Shown in pieces: positions 1 to 15,505 of a DNA stretch of 64,000 nt. A model generated the notes under the pieces. That model ran no database searches and was not told the DNA's origin. It saw nothing but the letters and a program-made list of their open reading frames with translations. This DNA comes from Dictyostelium discoideum (lineage: Eukaryota), in the NCBI GenBank assembly GCA_000004695.1, contig CM000153.2:800001-864000 (forward strand). Direction: 5' to 3'. How positions within the stretch are numbered: position 1 is the stretch's first letter; each line of letters opens with the position of its first letter. The position numbers and the translations under genes were made by a program.

Positions 1-135
1 AATCACAAAAAAAAAAAAAAAAAAAAAAAAATATAAATAGCAATCAGAAATTGTTTTTTTTTTTTAAAAAATATTAATTTTATATCAATTCAATTAAATA
101 AAAATAAATAAAATAAAATATAATAAAAAATTAAA

Positions 136-795
136 ATGGGTAATACATCATCATCAAATTATGATTGTAATCAACAATCTAAAAATAATAAAAAAAATAA
201 TAAAATTTCAAAAAAGAATAAAAATTGTTCAAATACAATAAATAATAATAATAGCATTTCAAATTGTAAAAAAGAAGAACCAAAGAAAAATTATAAATTA
301 ATTACATTAGGATCATCAGGTGTTGGTAAAACATCGATTAGTTTTAGATTCGTTTCAAATATATTTGTAACTGAATATGATCCAACAGTTGAGGATGCCT
401 ATAAAAAAGATTATGTTTTCGATGGTAAAGAATTAAAATTGGAACTTATAGATACTGCTGGTCAAGAAGAGTATAGTAGTGGTCTTCATGATAAAGCAAT
501 TCGTAGCTGTGATGGTTTTATCCTTGTTTTCAGTATTACAAGTCGTGAAAGCTTCCAAAAGATTAAAGATTTAAGAGAAAAAATCCTTTGGGTTAAAGAT
601 AAAGATAGAGTACCAATGGTTATCGTTGGTAATAAATCTGATATGGAAAAAGATAGAAGAGTTTCAAAAAGTGAAGCTCGTTCATTAGCTGAAGAATTTG
701 AATGTAGATACATTGAAACTTCTGCAAAAACTTCTGAAAATATAGAATTATTATTTAATACAATTCTTGGTCAAGTTGTTGAAAAAAAGAAATAA
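136..795 (+). CDS. Ras-family small GTPase, single exon, 219 aa. It has an N-terminal Asn/Lys-rich extension, a predicted N-myristoylation site (MGN...) and no C-terminal CAAX box
   Basis: ORF in good AAAATG context. G1 LGSSGVGKT, switch I YDPTVEDAY, G3 DTAGQEEY, G4 GNKSD and SAK motifs are all visible. Ends ...VEKKK with no CAAX. Gly2 follows the initiator Met. Confidence 0.8.
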   Translation: MGNTSSSNYDCNQQSKNNKKNNKISKKNKNCSNTINNNNSISNCKKEEPKKNYKLITLGSSGVGKTSISFRFVSNIFVTEYDPTVEDAYKKDYVFDGKELKLELIDTAGQEEYSSGLHDKAIRSCDGFILVFSITSRESFQKIKDLREKILWVKDKDRVPMVIVGNKSDMEKDRRVSKSEARSLAEEFECRYIETSAKTSENIELLFNTILGQVVEKKK

Positions 796-981
796 TTATT
801 TAATTATTAAAAAAAAAAAAAAAAAAACCAAAAACATACATATTCCGAATACAACAAATTATTTAAAAAAAAAAAAAAAAAAAATCAAATACTTAATCAT
901 TTTAATATTAAAAAATAAAATGATATAACCTTGTAAATAAAAATAAAAAAATAAATAAAATATTTTAAATTAAAATAAAAA

Positions 982-995
982 TTACTTTTTCTTTT

Positions 996-1029
<34 letters not shown>

Positions 1030-2427
1030 TAATTTAAATTTAAAAATTGAATCAGAAGGTTTCCAATTAAATATAAAAAATTCCCATGGATTGAAATTTA
1101 TTGAATCATTATTGACACAATATCTTTGTTTACAATAATAATTTGATCTTGATTTTTCACCAAAAATATCAAAATTACACATTGAATTTTGTTTTTTACC
1201 TTCCCAATAATTTGAATCATTTTCATTACAATAAACTGGATATCCTTCATCATCGAATGGTACACAATATGGATTATCAGTTGCATATATCCAATTTTTA
1301 ATTATTGTACCATTACAAGTTTTACAATCTTGGCCAATAAAATTACCACTACAATGGCAATAACCAAATTTATATTTATGATCAAATAATAAAATTACTT
1401 TAATTTTACTATCATAAAATAAATGTTTATCATCAATATTTAAAATTTTACCAATGGTTGAATTTGTTGTATAGATTAAATAATTTAAACCTTGAAATGC
1501 TTGAATTGAATTTATACCGGTTTCTTTTAAATGTCCCTCTACATTCTTCTTTAAGGAAATCAATACTACCATTTTTTAAACATTTTATTGGTTTTCTTAT
1601 AATACCGTCTTCTATCACATAATAGATAAAATCATAGGCAAATGAAATTTTACTTGAATCTCTATATCTTGGAATTCCATTGATAAGATTTGTTGAATAA
1701 TTTTTAATTGAACAATTTATACAACGTATTGTTGCCATACCAAATTCATCAAATTCGCTATAAGGTTGTTCATAATATTTCTTTCTATAATAAACTTTTG
1801 AATTAATTTCCCAAATTGATTTACAATCTATATCATTATAAATAATATTTTCTGCACTTTTAATCTCTTTATAATTTGTTGAATTAATTTTTAAAAATTG
1901 TTTTGAAATTAATTTATTTTCTAAACATATATATTGAGTGAATTCACCTTCATTATTTTCATCTTTACGGATCATTATGGGAATTTCAATTATTTCTTTA
2001 CCAATTTGATCAATATCATTAATATTACCATTTAAACAAAGTCTTGTTATAATTTCAACATCTTTATTTGGGTTATCCACATATAATTGTACACCAGTTA
2101 CTCTTTTATATTTTGTTTGATTTTTATTATGATTCAACTCTTCATTAATTTTCATAATTGTTTCAAGTCCGTCATTTACTTTTTCATTATTTATTGGAAT
2201 TGAAAATAAGAAAGTTTCTTCAATTTTTTTAATTGTATTTCTTCCCACAAAATAAATTTTATTTGGTTATGGTTTACATGTCCTCCACCTATTATAAAAA
2301 TTTGATTTTCTTTTTTACAATATCCAAAGGGTGTTTCACATTGATAGTCATATAAACATTTATTTGATTTTACTAATTTTACTATTAAAATTAAATAAAA
2401 TAATATATATCTTAATTTAACTATCAT
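982..2427 (-). CDS. Secreted Cys-rich protein with signal peptide and EGF-like Cys spacing. It is coding-like in three overlapping frames, so it contains frame disruptions or is a pseudogene
   Basis: Minus-strand ORFs 2191-2427 (signal peptide MIVKLRYILFYLILIVKLV...), 1448-2248 and 982-1572 overlap in different frames. The frame switches coincide with A-homopolymers and have no plausible intron signals. The 3' end runs into poly-T (poly-Lys), so the true stop is uncertain. Confidence 0.4.
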
Positions 2428-2588
2428 TTTTTAATAAAATATAATTAATAATTAAAAAAAAAAAAAAAAAAATAAAAAAAAAAAAAAATAAAAAAAAAAT
2501 AAAAATAGAACAAAAAAAAAAATAAATGAAAAATAAATAACCCCATTTTGTGGTTATCTTATTTTTTTTTTATTCAATTTTACAATTT

Positions 2589-2619
<31 letters not shown>

Positions 2620-2928
2620 GGCTTTAAATTCAAGTTAAAAAAATAAAAATAAACAATTGTTTAAAAAAATACTTTTATTTATTTTTTTTTTTTTATCTAA
2701 TTTTTTTTTTTAATTATCTATTAATTATTTTTTTTTTATTTTTTTTTATTTTTTTCTATTAGAATATATTTATTGTAATATTTGAAATTATTAAATCAAT
2801 TAACTAATTTTTGTTTGGTTGATTATTTTTGTGTGAAAAATGTTTATTTGAAAATTTTTTAAAAAAAAATATCTGAAAATTTTATGAAAAAGAAATCGTT
2901 ACATGGGTTGATTTGATCAAAATCAATT

Positions 2929-2967
<39 letters not shown>

Positions 2968-3051
2968 TTTCAATTTTTTTTTTTTATTTAAATCAATTAA
3001 TTTCAATTTTTTTATTTTATTTTATTTATTAAATAATTACCACATATAAAA

Positions 3052-3468
3052 ATGGCTAAAGAGAATTATGAATTTTTCGTTGTCAGCGGTAAAGTTTCAA
3101 AAGGGTATGATTCAAACGGTCTTGCAGATCCTTATGTTAAAATGGGATATATTAGTAAAAAGACTGGTAAAACAGAATATTTCTTAAAAACCAAAGTAAT
3201 CAAATCCACATTATTACCAGAGTTTCAACATAAACAAGTTCAAGAATTGGATTCAGATGATATAGAAAAGGTTGTTATTGAAATGTATGATCATGACTTG
3301 ATTGGAAAGAATGACTTTATTGGTAAAGTTACTTTAGAAGGTAACTCTCTTACATGTCTATCAACTGAAGGTACTCTCATTAGATATCATTTGTTCAATG
3401 AAAATGACTCAGAATCAGTTGGTAAATCCACAGCTAATGTTTACTTGGGTATGAATAAAAAGGCCTAA
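3052..3468 (+). CDS. Small C2-domain protein (138 aa)
   Basis: The ORF FFVVSGKVSKGYDSNGLADPYVKMGY...KVVIEMYDHDLIGKNDFIGKVTL has a typical C2 beta-sandwich signature (DPYVK, hhhDxD...DDhhG). Confidence 0.6.
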   Translation: MAKENYEFFVVSGKVSKGYDSNGLADPYVKMGYISKKTGKTEYFLKTKVIKSTLLPEFQHKQVQELDSDDIEKVVIEMYDHDLIGKNDFIGKVTLEGNSLTCLSTEGTLIRYHLFNENDSESVGKSTANVYLGMNKKA

Positions 3469-3514
3469 ACTTCTTTAAAAATGTAATATAAAGTTTTAAA
3501 TAATTTTTTTTTTT

Positions 3515-3578
3515 TTCCAATTTATTTTATTAAGTTTAAACTCATTTAATACAAATAGATTAAATAAATAATATAATC

Positions 3579-3655
<77 letters not shown>

Positions 3656-3790
3656 TGAGCCATAATTCATTTTTAAACAAAATAAATTTAAAATTAATAA
3701 TTATCTCAGATAAAAAAATATGTTAATGGGTATTATCAAAGACCCATAGATGTAAGGTAGATTGATAATTTCCAACTCTATTTTTTTATT
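3515..3790. repeat. Direct repeat copy 1 (~270 bp, includes a ~70-nt poly(A)) flanking the patatin-gene 3' fragment
   Basis: 3515-3790 (tttaaactcatttaatac...poly(A)...cataattcatttttaaacaaaataaatttaaaattaataattatctcag...cccatagat...tttccaactctattt) is recognisably repeated at 4940-5190. Confidence 0.6.
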
Positions 3791-4024
3791 TTTTTTATTT
3801 CTATTTTTATTTTAATTATATTATTTTAATTTTTTATTATTATTTTTATTTTTATGTTTTATATCTTTAATTTTAATTCTATTATTATTATTATTTTTAT
3901 TATAATGGTGGTTATTGTTTGAATAAATATAAAAAATGATATAATTTAGTTTGAAAATAAATTAAATTTGATTTAACTTTTATATAAACATTATTATGAT
4001 TATTATTATTTGATTTTTAATCCT

Positions 4025-4690
4025 GTAAGAATTAAAACCATTCTTTATTGAAAAGGGAGTGCCAGAAATTGAAGTTTAATTTTTAATTTCATTTAATGGT
4101 ACTAAAGTACATAAGATATCCACAGTATCTGGTGGACTATTAATTACGAATGGAATTGAGAAATCTTGATTTGAAAGTAAAGGTGAAGGAGTTGAATAAT
4201 TGAGTTGTTTTTCAACATTTGAGTGATTAGTATTAAAAATATATCCTGGTGATGATGGAGAATTTTTAAATTGATTAATAATTTCAATTGGAATTTTATC
4301 TAGTCTACATTTTATTTTGCCAGTTAATTGTTGTAGATTGATTTAAGACCAAATCATTAATGTAAAATAATGATGATAAACATTTCTTTATGATTGAATG
4401 TATAATTGGATCATTTTTAGTTTTTTCAGATTGTTGTTTTAAAATATTCATTGTAATATCATCTACTGCATCTAAACCAATTGAATTTTGGAAACTTGGA
4501 TTATTTCTAAATGAATTTCTACCTTCTTTAATTAAATCATAAATTTCATGAACTTCTCTCCAAGAATTCTCACATTCTGTTAAAAGTTTAATAATATTTT
4601 CACCAACTTTAAAAATATTATTTAAATCGGCTTCTGGTGATGGGAAATTACCAGTACCAAGTGAACCAGGTCACATATAAAAGTCTAAAA
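4025..4690 (-). pseudogene. 3'-terminal fragment (~660 bp) of the GTPase-patatin paralog family. It contains stop codons and has no upstream exons
   Basis: Near-identical at nucleotide level to 10021-10680 (the 3' end of copy B). Homology ends abruptly at ~4690. There is an in-frame TAA (gaagtttaa) and small indels. No ORF is reported here. Confidence 0.7.
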
Positions 4691-4833
4691 CAAATTTAAT
4701 ACAAAAAAAAAAAAAAAAATTAAAATAAAATAAATAAAAAAATCTTTTAAAAATAGTCACAACAAAAATTAAAAAAAAAAAACATAACGATAAAAAAAAA
4801 CAGTTTAGGCCATTAATAATTTAAAAATGGATT

Positions 4834-4864
<31 letters not shown>

Positions 4865-4939
4865 TTTTTTTTAATAAAATATTTCTTATTTTTTTTTTTT
4901 TTCAGATATTTTTAAATAATAAAATAGTCAATATTTTCC

Positions 4940-5010
4940 ATTTAGTTTATTTAAACTCATTTTATTCCAAATAAATTAATAAAATAGTCCCAAAAAATAA
5001 TAAGAAATTT

Positions 5011-5057
<47 letters not shown>

Positions 5058-5190
5058 AAATAAATGATTTTTAATTCATTTTTAAACAAAATAATTTAAA
5101 ATTAATATTTATCTCAGGTTATAAAAAAAGATATCAATAGATATTATAAAAGACCATAGATATTTATAATTTCCAAATCTATTTATATAA
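4940..5190. repeat. Direct repeat copy 2 flanking the pseudogene fragment
   Basis: See 3515-3790. Shared blocks are the poly(A) tract, catttttaaacaaaataa, ttatctcag, ccatagat and atttccaa(a/c)tctattt. Confidence 0.6.
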
Positions 5191-5454
5191 AATTAATTCA
5201 TTTTCAAACTTTATTACCAAAAAAAAAAAAAGTAAATATTAGACACATAGAATTAATTTAAAAATATATTTTTTTATTTTATTTGTTTTTTTTATTGTAA
5301 ATTTTAATTAAGATATATAGAAATTATAGTTTTTTTTTTTTAATAATATATTAAAATATTTTTTTTTTATAATTTTAAAATGTTATTGGCAATTAATTTA
5401 AATAAAATTTATAAATGGTAAATTGCCAATGGATTTGATTAATTGTATGAATTT

Positions 5455-7623
5455 TTAATTTTTAGTAGTTATGAATGAATTCTCTATACCATTATTTATT
5501 GAAAAAGGATTACCTGAAATTGAAGTATCATTTTTAATATTATTTTTTGCAACCATAGTACATAAGATATCAATTATATCTGGTGGATTTTTGATTATGA
5601 ATGGATTTGAAAAATTATTTAATTGATTATTTGGGTGTGGAGGTGAAGGAGAAAAATATTGAAAATTTTTATCATTGTTTGAATACTTTAATACAAAAGC
5701 TGAACCTTTTTTTAATTGATTAATTATTTCGATTGGAATTTTATCAAGTCTACATTTTATATTACCAGTTAATTCTTTTTTAGATTTATTAAAAATTAAA
5801 TCATCAATGTAAAATAATGATGATAAAGATTTCTTTATAATTGAATGTACAGTTGGATCATTTTCAATGTTTACTTTTTGTTTTAAAATATTCATTGTAT
5901 TATCATCCATTTCATCCAAACCAATTGATTTCTGGAAACTTGGATTGTACCTAAATGAATTTTTACCTTCCCATATGAAACCATAATAAATTTCATGAAC
6001 TTCTCTCCAAGAATTTATAGATTGTGTTAAAAGATTATATTCCTGATCACCAACTTTAAAAATGTTATTTTTTTGATTTTCTGGTGATGGGAAATCACCA
6101 GTACCAAGTGAAACTAACGTGTCTAAGTTTCTACAAGGCCACATATCTTTATACTCTTTCATTGCAACTTTACAAGGATTATTATTCTTTAAACCACCAT
6201 CAAGAAATTGACGACTATTATATTCAAATGTTCTGAAATATTTAGGTGCAGCTGATGTGGCTTCAGCTGCGTCAGTTACTTTTGAACCAGATATAAAATG
6301 TGTTTGTTTTGAACATTTTGATGGGTATGTTTTTTTTTGATAATTTGAAAATATACACTCATCAAAATCACCAGACTCTTGTGTTACAGTTACAACTGCA
6401 GCCCTTATTTTTGGAAATGAAATTGATAAAAATTTGTCATTTAAAATGGTTTTATAACATTCTTTTAGTTTTTTTCTTTTATATTTGGGTTTTCCAAATA
6501 TATGGGTAATAATACCCAATGTAGGTCTTTCATAACCTTTTTTTGCCAAAATGTCAAATGATATAGCTAATTCTGGTAGTGTTTTCTCAGTTGATGCAAG
6601 TTGTAAAGCAACTAATCCACCTGCAGATGTACCAACAATTAAATCAAACAATTTTGAAATATGAATACCATATAGTTGCTTTTGTATTTCTTGTAAAACA
6701 TTGCAATGTAATATACCTCTAACTCCTCCACCATCCAATGATAGAACTCTTGCACCCATTGTTTTAATAAAATCTATTTCCTTTAATATATATTCTCTAT
6801 CCCCATAACATCCTGGAACTCTACATTCATCTTTAGGTCGATCAGGCATTTGAGAAAATATACCAAGTGAGCAATCTAAACATAGAAAATGTCCACATTT
6901 ATATTCTATATATGGAGAATTTAAACAACAACCAAAACAAACACCTTGATTTGTTGTTGCATGGCCAATGAAAACTTGTTTAATTGTTTCTTTACCAGAG
7001 AGGTGATTACTTAATAATAATGATAAATCATCATATTTTACTGATTCATCAAATTCTCCATCCCATGTATATCTTACTTCTGATTGGTTAAAAAAAGAGC
7101 CAAATATTTCAGTGTGCTTGGGTTTATATGTTTCACTTGATATATGCTTTGTATGAGTACCCCTAAAATTTGTACATGAATAGCCATGTACATTTTTTGA
7201 ACCACACGGTACCATCCCATGTATTTCACCTGATACTAGTTCTAATATGCTTTCAAAACGTGGATGCAATTTTTTAGAATACTCTGGACCTATGTGGTAA
7301 ATTTTTTTAAAATTTGTGTAAATCTCTGGCAATCTAAATTTTAATATATTCAAACAATGGGTGTAACTTTTTGATTCTTTTGAATTACATTTAAATGTTT
7401 CAACAAAATAATAATAATTTATTAAAAAGAATTCAAATAAGTAGTTGGCATGTAAATTTATCATTTGATCTGTCAAAGAATGTTCTTGATTTTTTGAATA
7501 AATTGGCAAAGTTGATTCTTCACTTCCAGATTTATGATTTTGATGTAAATTATCTAAGTCTGGATTAGTTTGAAAAAGACCATCTACTATTGGTCTTTCT
7601 TCTAGTTGTGTTTTATCAATATA

Positions 7624-7722
<99 letters not shown>

Positions 7723-8025
7723 ATTATTATTATTATTATTAGTATTATTAATATTATTATTATTATTATTATGATTTTTATTATTATTATTAGATGAAGT
7801 AGTTGTAGTTGTTGTTTTATTACTGATATTTGCCTCTCTATCCTTTAATATATCTGGTTCAAAATAAGATTCTTCTGAATTTATTGAAAATGTTATTGGT
7901 GTTCCTAAAAGATTTTGAATGGATTTAATTGATGAATCAGAAAATGTGTAATGTGACATATTCCCAATTTTATTTGAAGAAGAAGAAGAACTTGGCAAAT
8001 CTTCATCTGCATTAAAATTAATATA

Positions 8026-8096
<71 letters not shown>

Positions 8097-9490
8097 CATT
8101 ACTATTATTTGAAGTGAAATTTCTAAAAATTTTATTTGTTGATTTTGGTTCTTGAAAATTTGAAAAATCATCAATAATTCCAGTACAATTTAATTTAACT
8201 AAATCGGGTGAACCTATTGGATTTTTACTAAAGAAATTAGTTAAATTTGAAATTCTTTTCATACATTTTGATTTTTCAACAGAAATTTTTGGAGTTCTAT
8301 TATTTTTAAATTTTAAAGATTCTAAAACCTTTTCACTAATAGTTTCTTCCAATTTTTTAAATTGACTTTGATATCTATTAAAAGAATCTAATTCCTTTCC
8401 ATTAATATTTGGTAAGAAAATGATTGAAACTGATTGAAAACGTGTTTCTATCTCTTTTGAACCATGAAAATAATCCTTAAAATATTCTTTCTTGGCATAT
8501 TTCATATCATCATATTCTTTATTTTTATTAGAATTATTAAATAAAATGATTAAATGTGGACTACATGGATTATTTGCACTATCAGCTGCAACCGAAGAAA
8601 ATTCAAGTAAACTATCAATAACATCACCTCTATTTCTGGCATCACCATAAAATGTTAAAACAAAAACATCTGAACATAAATATAATAATCTTGGATAAGA
8701 TGATTGGACATATTTACTTCTAATATCAGCCTTCTAAATAATTAAATAAATAAAATAAAAAATAATAAAAAGAATTAGGAAAAAATCCATTATGAAATTA
8801 AAAATTTTTAATTTTTTAAAATCAAAATACAAACTATTAATAATGATTCATTTTTCTCATCTTTTTCTTTTTTTTCATTTCTTTCTTTTAAATCATTGGT
8901 TTTTTGAGAAAATGTTCCATTGATTCCTTCAGAATCAATAATTACATATTTAAACTTTTCTTCACCAACAGTTTCACCAATAAATGAATTTAAATCTGAA
9001 GAGGTTGATGTAATTGAATCACCACCAGGAATTGGATGATCGCAAGTTTTTGTCAAGTTACAAATTGTGGTTGATTTACCTGAGCCACTAGAACCAATAA
9101 AACTATCGACTAAAAATGGATCTTTATCTGATAATCCAATTTGACCCCATTTGTATCCATGATCAATTGTCTTTGTTTTAGTATTAACAAACAAAAGTTT
9201 ATTTTTTAAATCCATTGATCTATCATATTTTACAATATCATTGTAGCCTTGTGTGAATTTTTGATATTTAAGAAAAAAAGTAACCCTTTTAAATTCTTCA
9301 TAAGGAATTGTTTGGTGTTCTGATTCATCCTGATGTCTAGTTGCACATGATTTACAAATAATTCTATCTCCATTACATTGAAGACAAAAATGAAAATCAT
9401 CACTATTTGTTGATTCTTTTTGACATTTTTTAAAGTCACAAATTATTTTGGTAGGGTATTTATAAATTTCATCTTTTACAAATACCTTTT

Positions 9491-9494
<4 letters not shown>
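5455..9494 (-). CDS. Copy A (apparently intact, ~1312 aa) of a giant multidomain protein: N-terminal Cys/His zinc finger + P-loop GTPase (GBP/atlastin-like motifs), poly-Asn linker, RING-like Cys cluster and patatin-like phospholipase domain
   Basis: Exon 1 is about 8835-9494: MEKVFVKDEIYKYP..., zinc finger C-x4-C-x10-H-x-C-x2-C-x7-C-x2-C-x3-H-x5-H, GSSGSGKST, DSEG. Exon 2 is 5455-8733, starting right after ttag: KADIRSKYVQSSYPRLLYLCSDVFVLTF...; CFGCCLNSPYIEYKCGHFLCLDCS...CRVPGC; LSLDGGGVRG; GTSAGG; DGGLKNNNP. The intron is ~100 nt and AT-rich. The donor in copy A is non-canonical (GTTTGT), so its position is approximate. Confidence 0.7.
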
Positions 9495-9552
<58 letters not shown>

Positions 9553-10009
9553 TAGGGTATTTTATTTAAAAAAAAAAAGTTTATTTTATTTTAAGTTTAC
9601 AATTTTACAAAATTGTTGAGTAAATAATATTACAATTTTAAATAATAATATAATAATAATGTTATAAAAAAAAATAAAAAAAAAAAAATAAAAAAAAAAA
9701 AAAAAATAAAAAAATAATAAAAAAAAAAAAAAAATAAAAATGAAAATAAAAATAAAATTAATTTCACACTATTGCACTTAAATAATTACAAAGATGGTGG
9801 TAATAAAAATAACATCACCCATATTTTTATTATTTTTGTAATTTTTAATATTCATTCAAATAAAGACCACCATTTTTTTTTTTTTATTTTAATTTTTTTT
9901 TTTTTTTTAATTCTATTTTTATTTTTATTATTATTTTGATTATTTAATTTTTTAATTCTATTTTTATTTTTATTTTTATTTTTATTATTATTATTTTTAT
10001 TATTTTTTT

Positions 10010-13965
<3,956 letters not shown>

Positions 13966-14463
13966 TTCTACAATAAAAAAAAAAAAATTTGTAAAAAAAA
14001 AATTATTAAAAAAAAAAAAAAAAAAATTTAAAATTTTTTTTCTTTTATCAACTTAAAAATGCTTCCAAATTTTTCCACTTCAAAATTCAACCACTTAAAA
14101 ATGCTTCAAAATTTTTTTTTTTTTTTTTTAAAATCTTAAGTTTGATTTGGGCCAATATTTTTTTTTCAATTTTTAAAAAGAAAATAAAAAAAGGATTAAT
14201 AATAATTAAATTTAAAATTTGATACCAACAATTTTGAATTCTAAAAATAAACTTTTTTTTATTATTTTAAAGTCCCTTCAAATTTTTGTAATTACAAATA
14301 TTAATATGGTGAATTTTATAATTACAAATATTTTTTATTTTTAAAGTCAATACTGTGAGTGTAACTTAGAAAAAAAAAATTTTTATTTCTTTATTTTTTT
14401 TTTTTTTTATTTTAATTTTTTTTATTTTATTTTTTTTCTAAACCCCACAAATATATTTTTTTT

Positions 14464-14498
<35 letters not shown>

Positions 14499-14892
14499 TT
14501 TTTTTTTTTTTTTTGTATTTATTTTTTTATTCATTTATTTATTTATTTATTTATATATTTATTTATTTTATTTTTTAAATCAAAAATTTTATTTTTAGAA
14601 TTTAATTATTTATCATTCATTTTTAATTATTTTTTTATTTTGAAGAACAACAACTAGTGAATATATTTTATATAAAAAAATTAATTTGGTTGAATTAATT
14701 GTTATATTTTTTTTTTTTTTAAAAAAAAAAAATTTGAATGTTTGAATTAATAAATTAAAAACAACCTATCAAGATTTAATTCATTAATAAAAAAATAAAA
14801 ATAAAATAATTAATTCAGTCATGTTAATTTTTTTTTTCTCAATTGAACCCAAAAAAAAAAAAAAATTAAAAATAATAATAATAATTAAATTC

Positions 14893-14964
14893 GTTTTTGT
14901 GTATTTTTGGGTGCTTTATTTATCTATACTAAATTCATATTAAAAATTAATAAATTTAAATTGT

Positions 14965-14995
<31 letters not shown>

Positions 14996-15330
14996 CGGGT
15001 CTAATTTGAATGTTATCATCAATATTCTTCAAAATAAAAAAATAATTACAAGAAATGGATGAAAAATAATTAAATTCTAAAAATAAAATTTGATTTAAAA
15101 AATAAAATAAAAAATTCAAAAAACAGAATGATTACATTCATTTTTTTTAATTTTTATATCATTTTGTGTATTTTTGAGTGCCCTATTTATCTATACTTAA
15201 TTCATATTAAGAATTAATAAATTGTTTGAAAAAAAAAAAATGAAAAATAAAATGAAAAAAAAAATGAAAATTTTTTTTTTTTTTTTTTTTTTTTTGTGTG
15301 TCCAGTTTGAATGTTTTTATAAATATTTTT
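14893..15330. repeat. Two direct copies (~140 bp each, period ~270 bp) of an intergenic element between copies B and C
   Basis: 14893-15030 gtttttgtgtatttttgggtgctttatttatctatactaaattcatattaaaaattaataaatt...poly(T)...cgggtctaatttgaatgtt corresponds to 15163-15330 attttgtgtatttttgagtgccctatttatctatacttaattcatattaagaattaataaatt...poly(T)...gtgtgtccagtttgaatgtt. Confidence 0.6.
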
Positions 15331-15505
15331 ATTTTTGTTTTTTTTCTATTTTTATTGTTAATTTTTAAAATTTTAGTTCTATTTTTTTTTTTTATTTTTT
15401 TTTTTTTATTATTATTTTGATTATTTAATTTTTTAATTCTATTATTATTTTTATTTTAATTTTTTTATTTATTTTTAATTTTATTATTATTATTATTATT
15501 TTTTT

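Noticed and set aside
7606-7797. ORF-track entries made of poly-Ile/Leu/Met (for example 7606-7797+, 7905-8174-, 12067-12294+, 13119-13337+, 17555-17782+, 18649-18855+)
   Set aside because: These are antisense or alternative-frame readings of the (AAT)n / (ATT)n coding microsatellites that encode poly-Asn in the patatin-family genes. They are not genes.
8808-8834. C-terminal residues of ORF 8808-9494 (…LLIVCILILKN) and of ORF 19564-20235 (…[19 protein letters not shown]) as coding
   Set aside because: These tails are read-through into the AT-rich intron that separates exon 1 from exon 2 of the patatin-family genes. Copy C has a clear CAA|GTAATT donor at 19614/19615.
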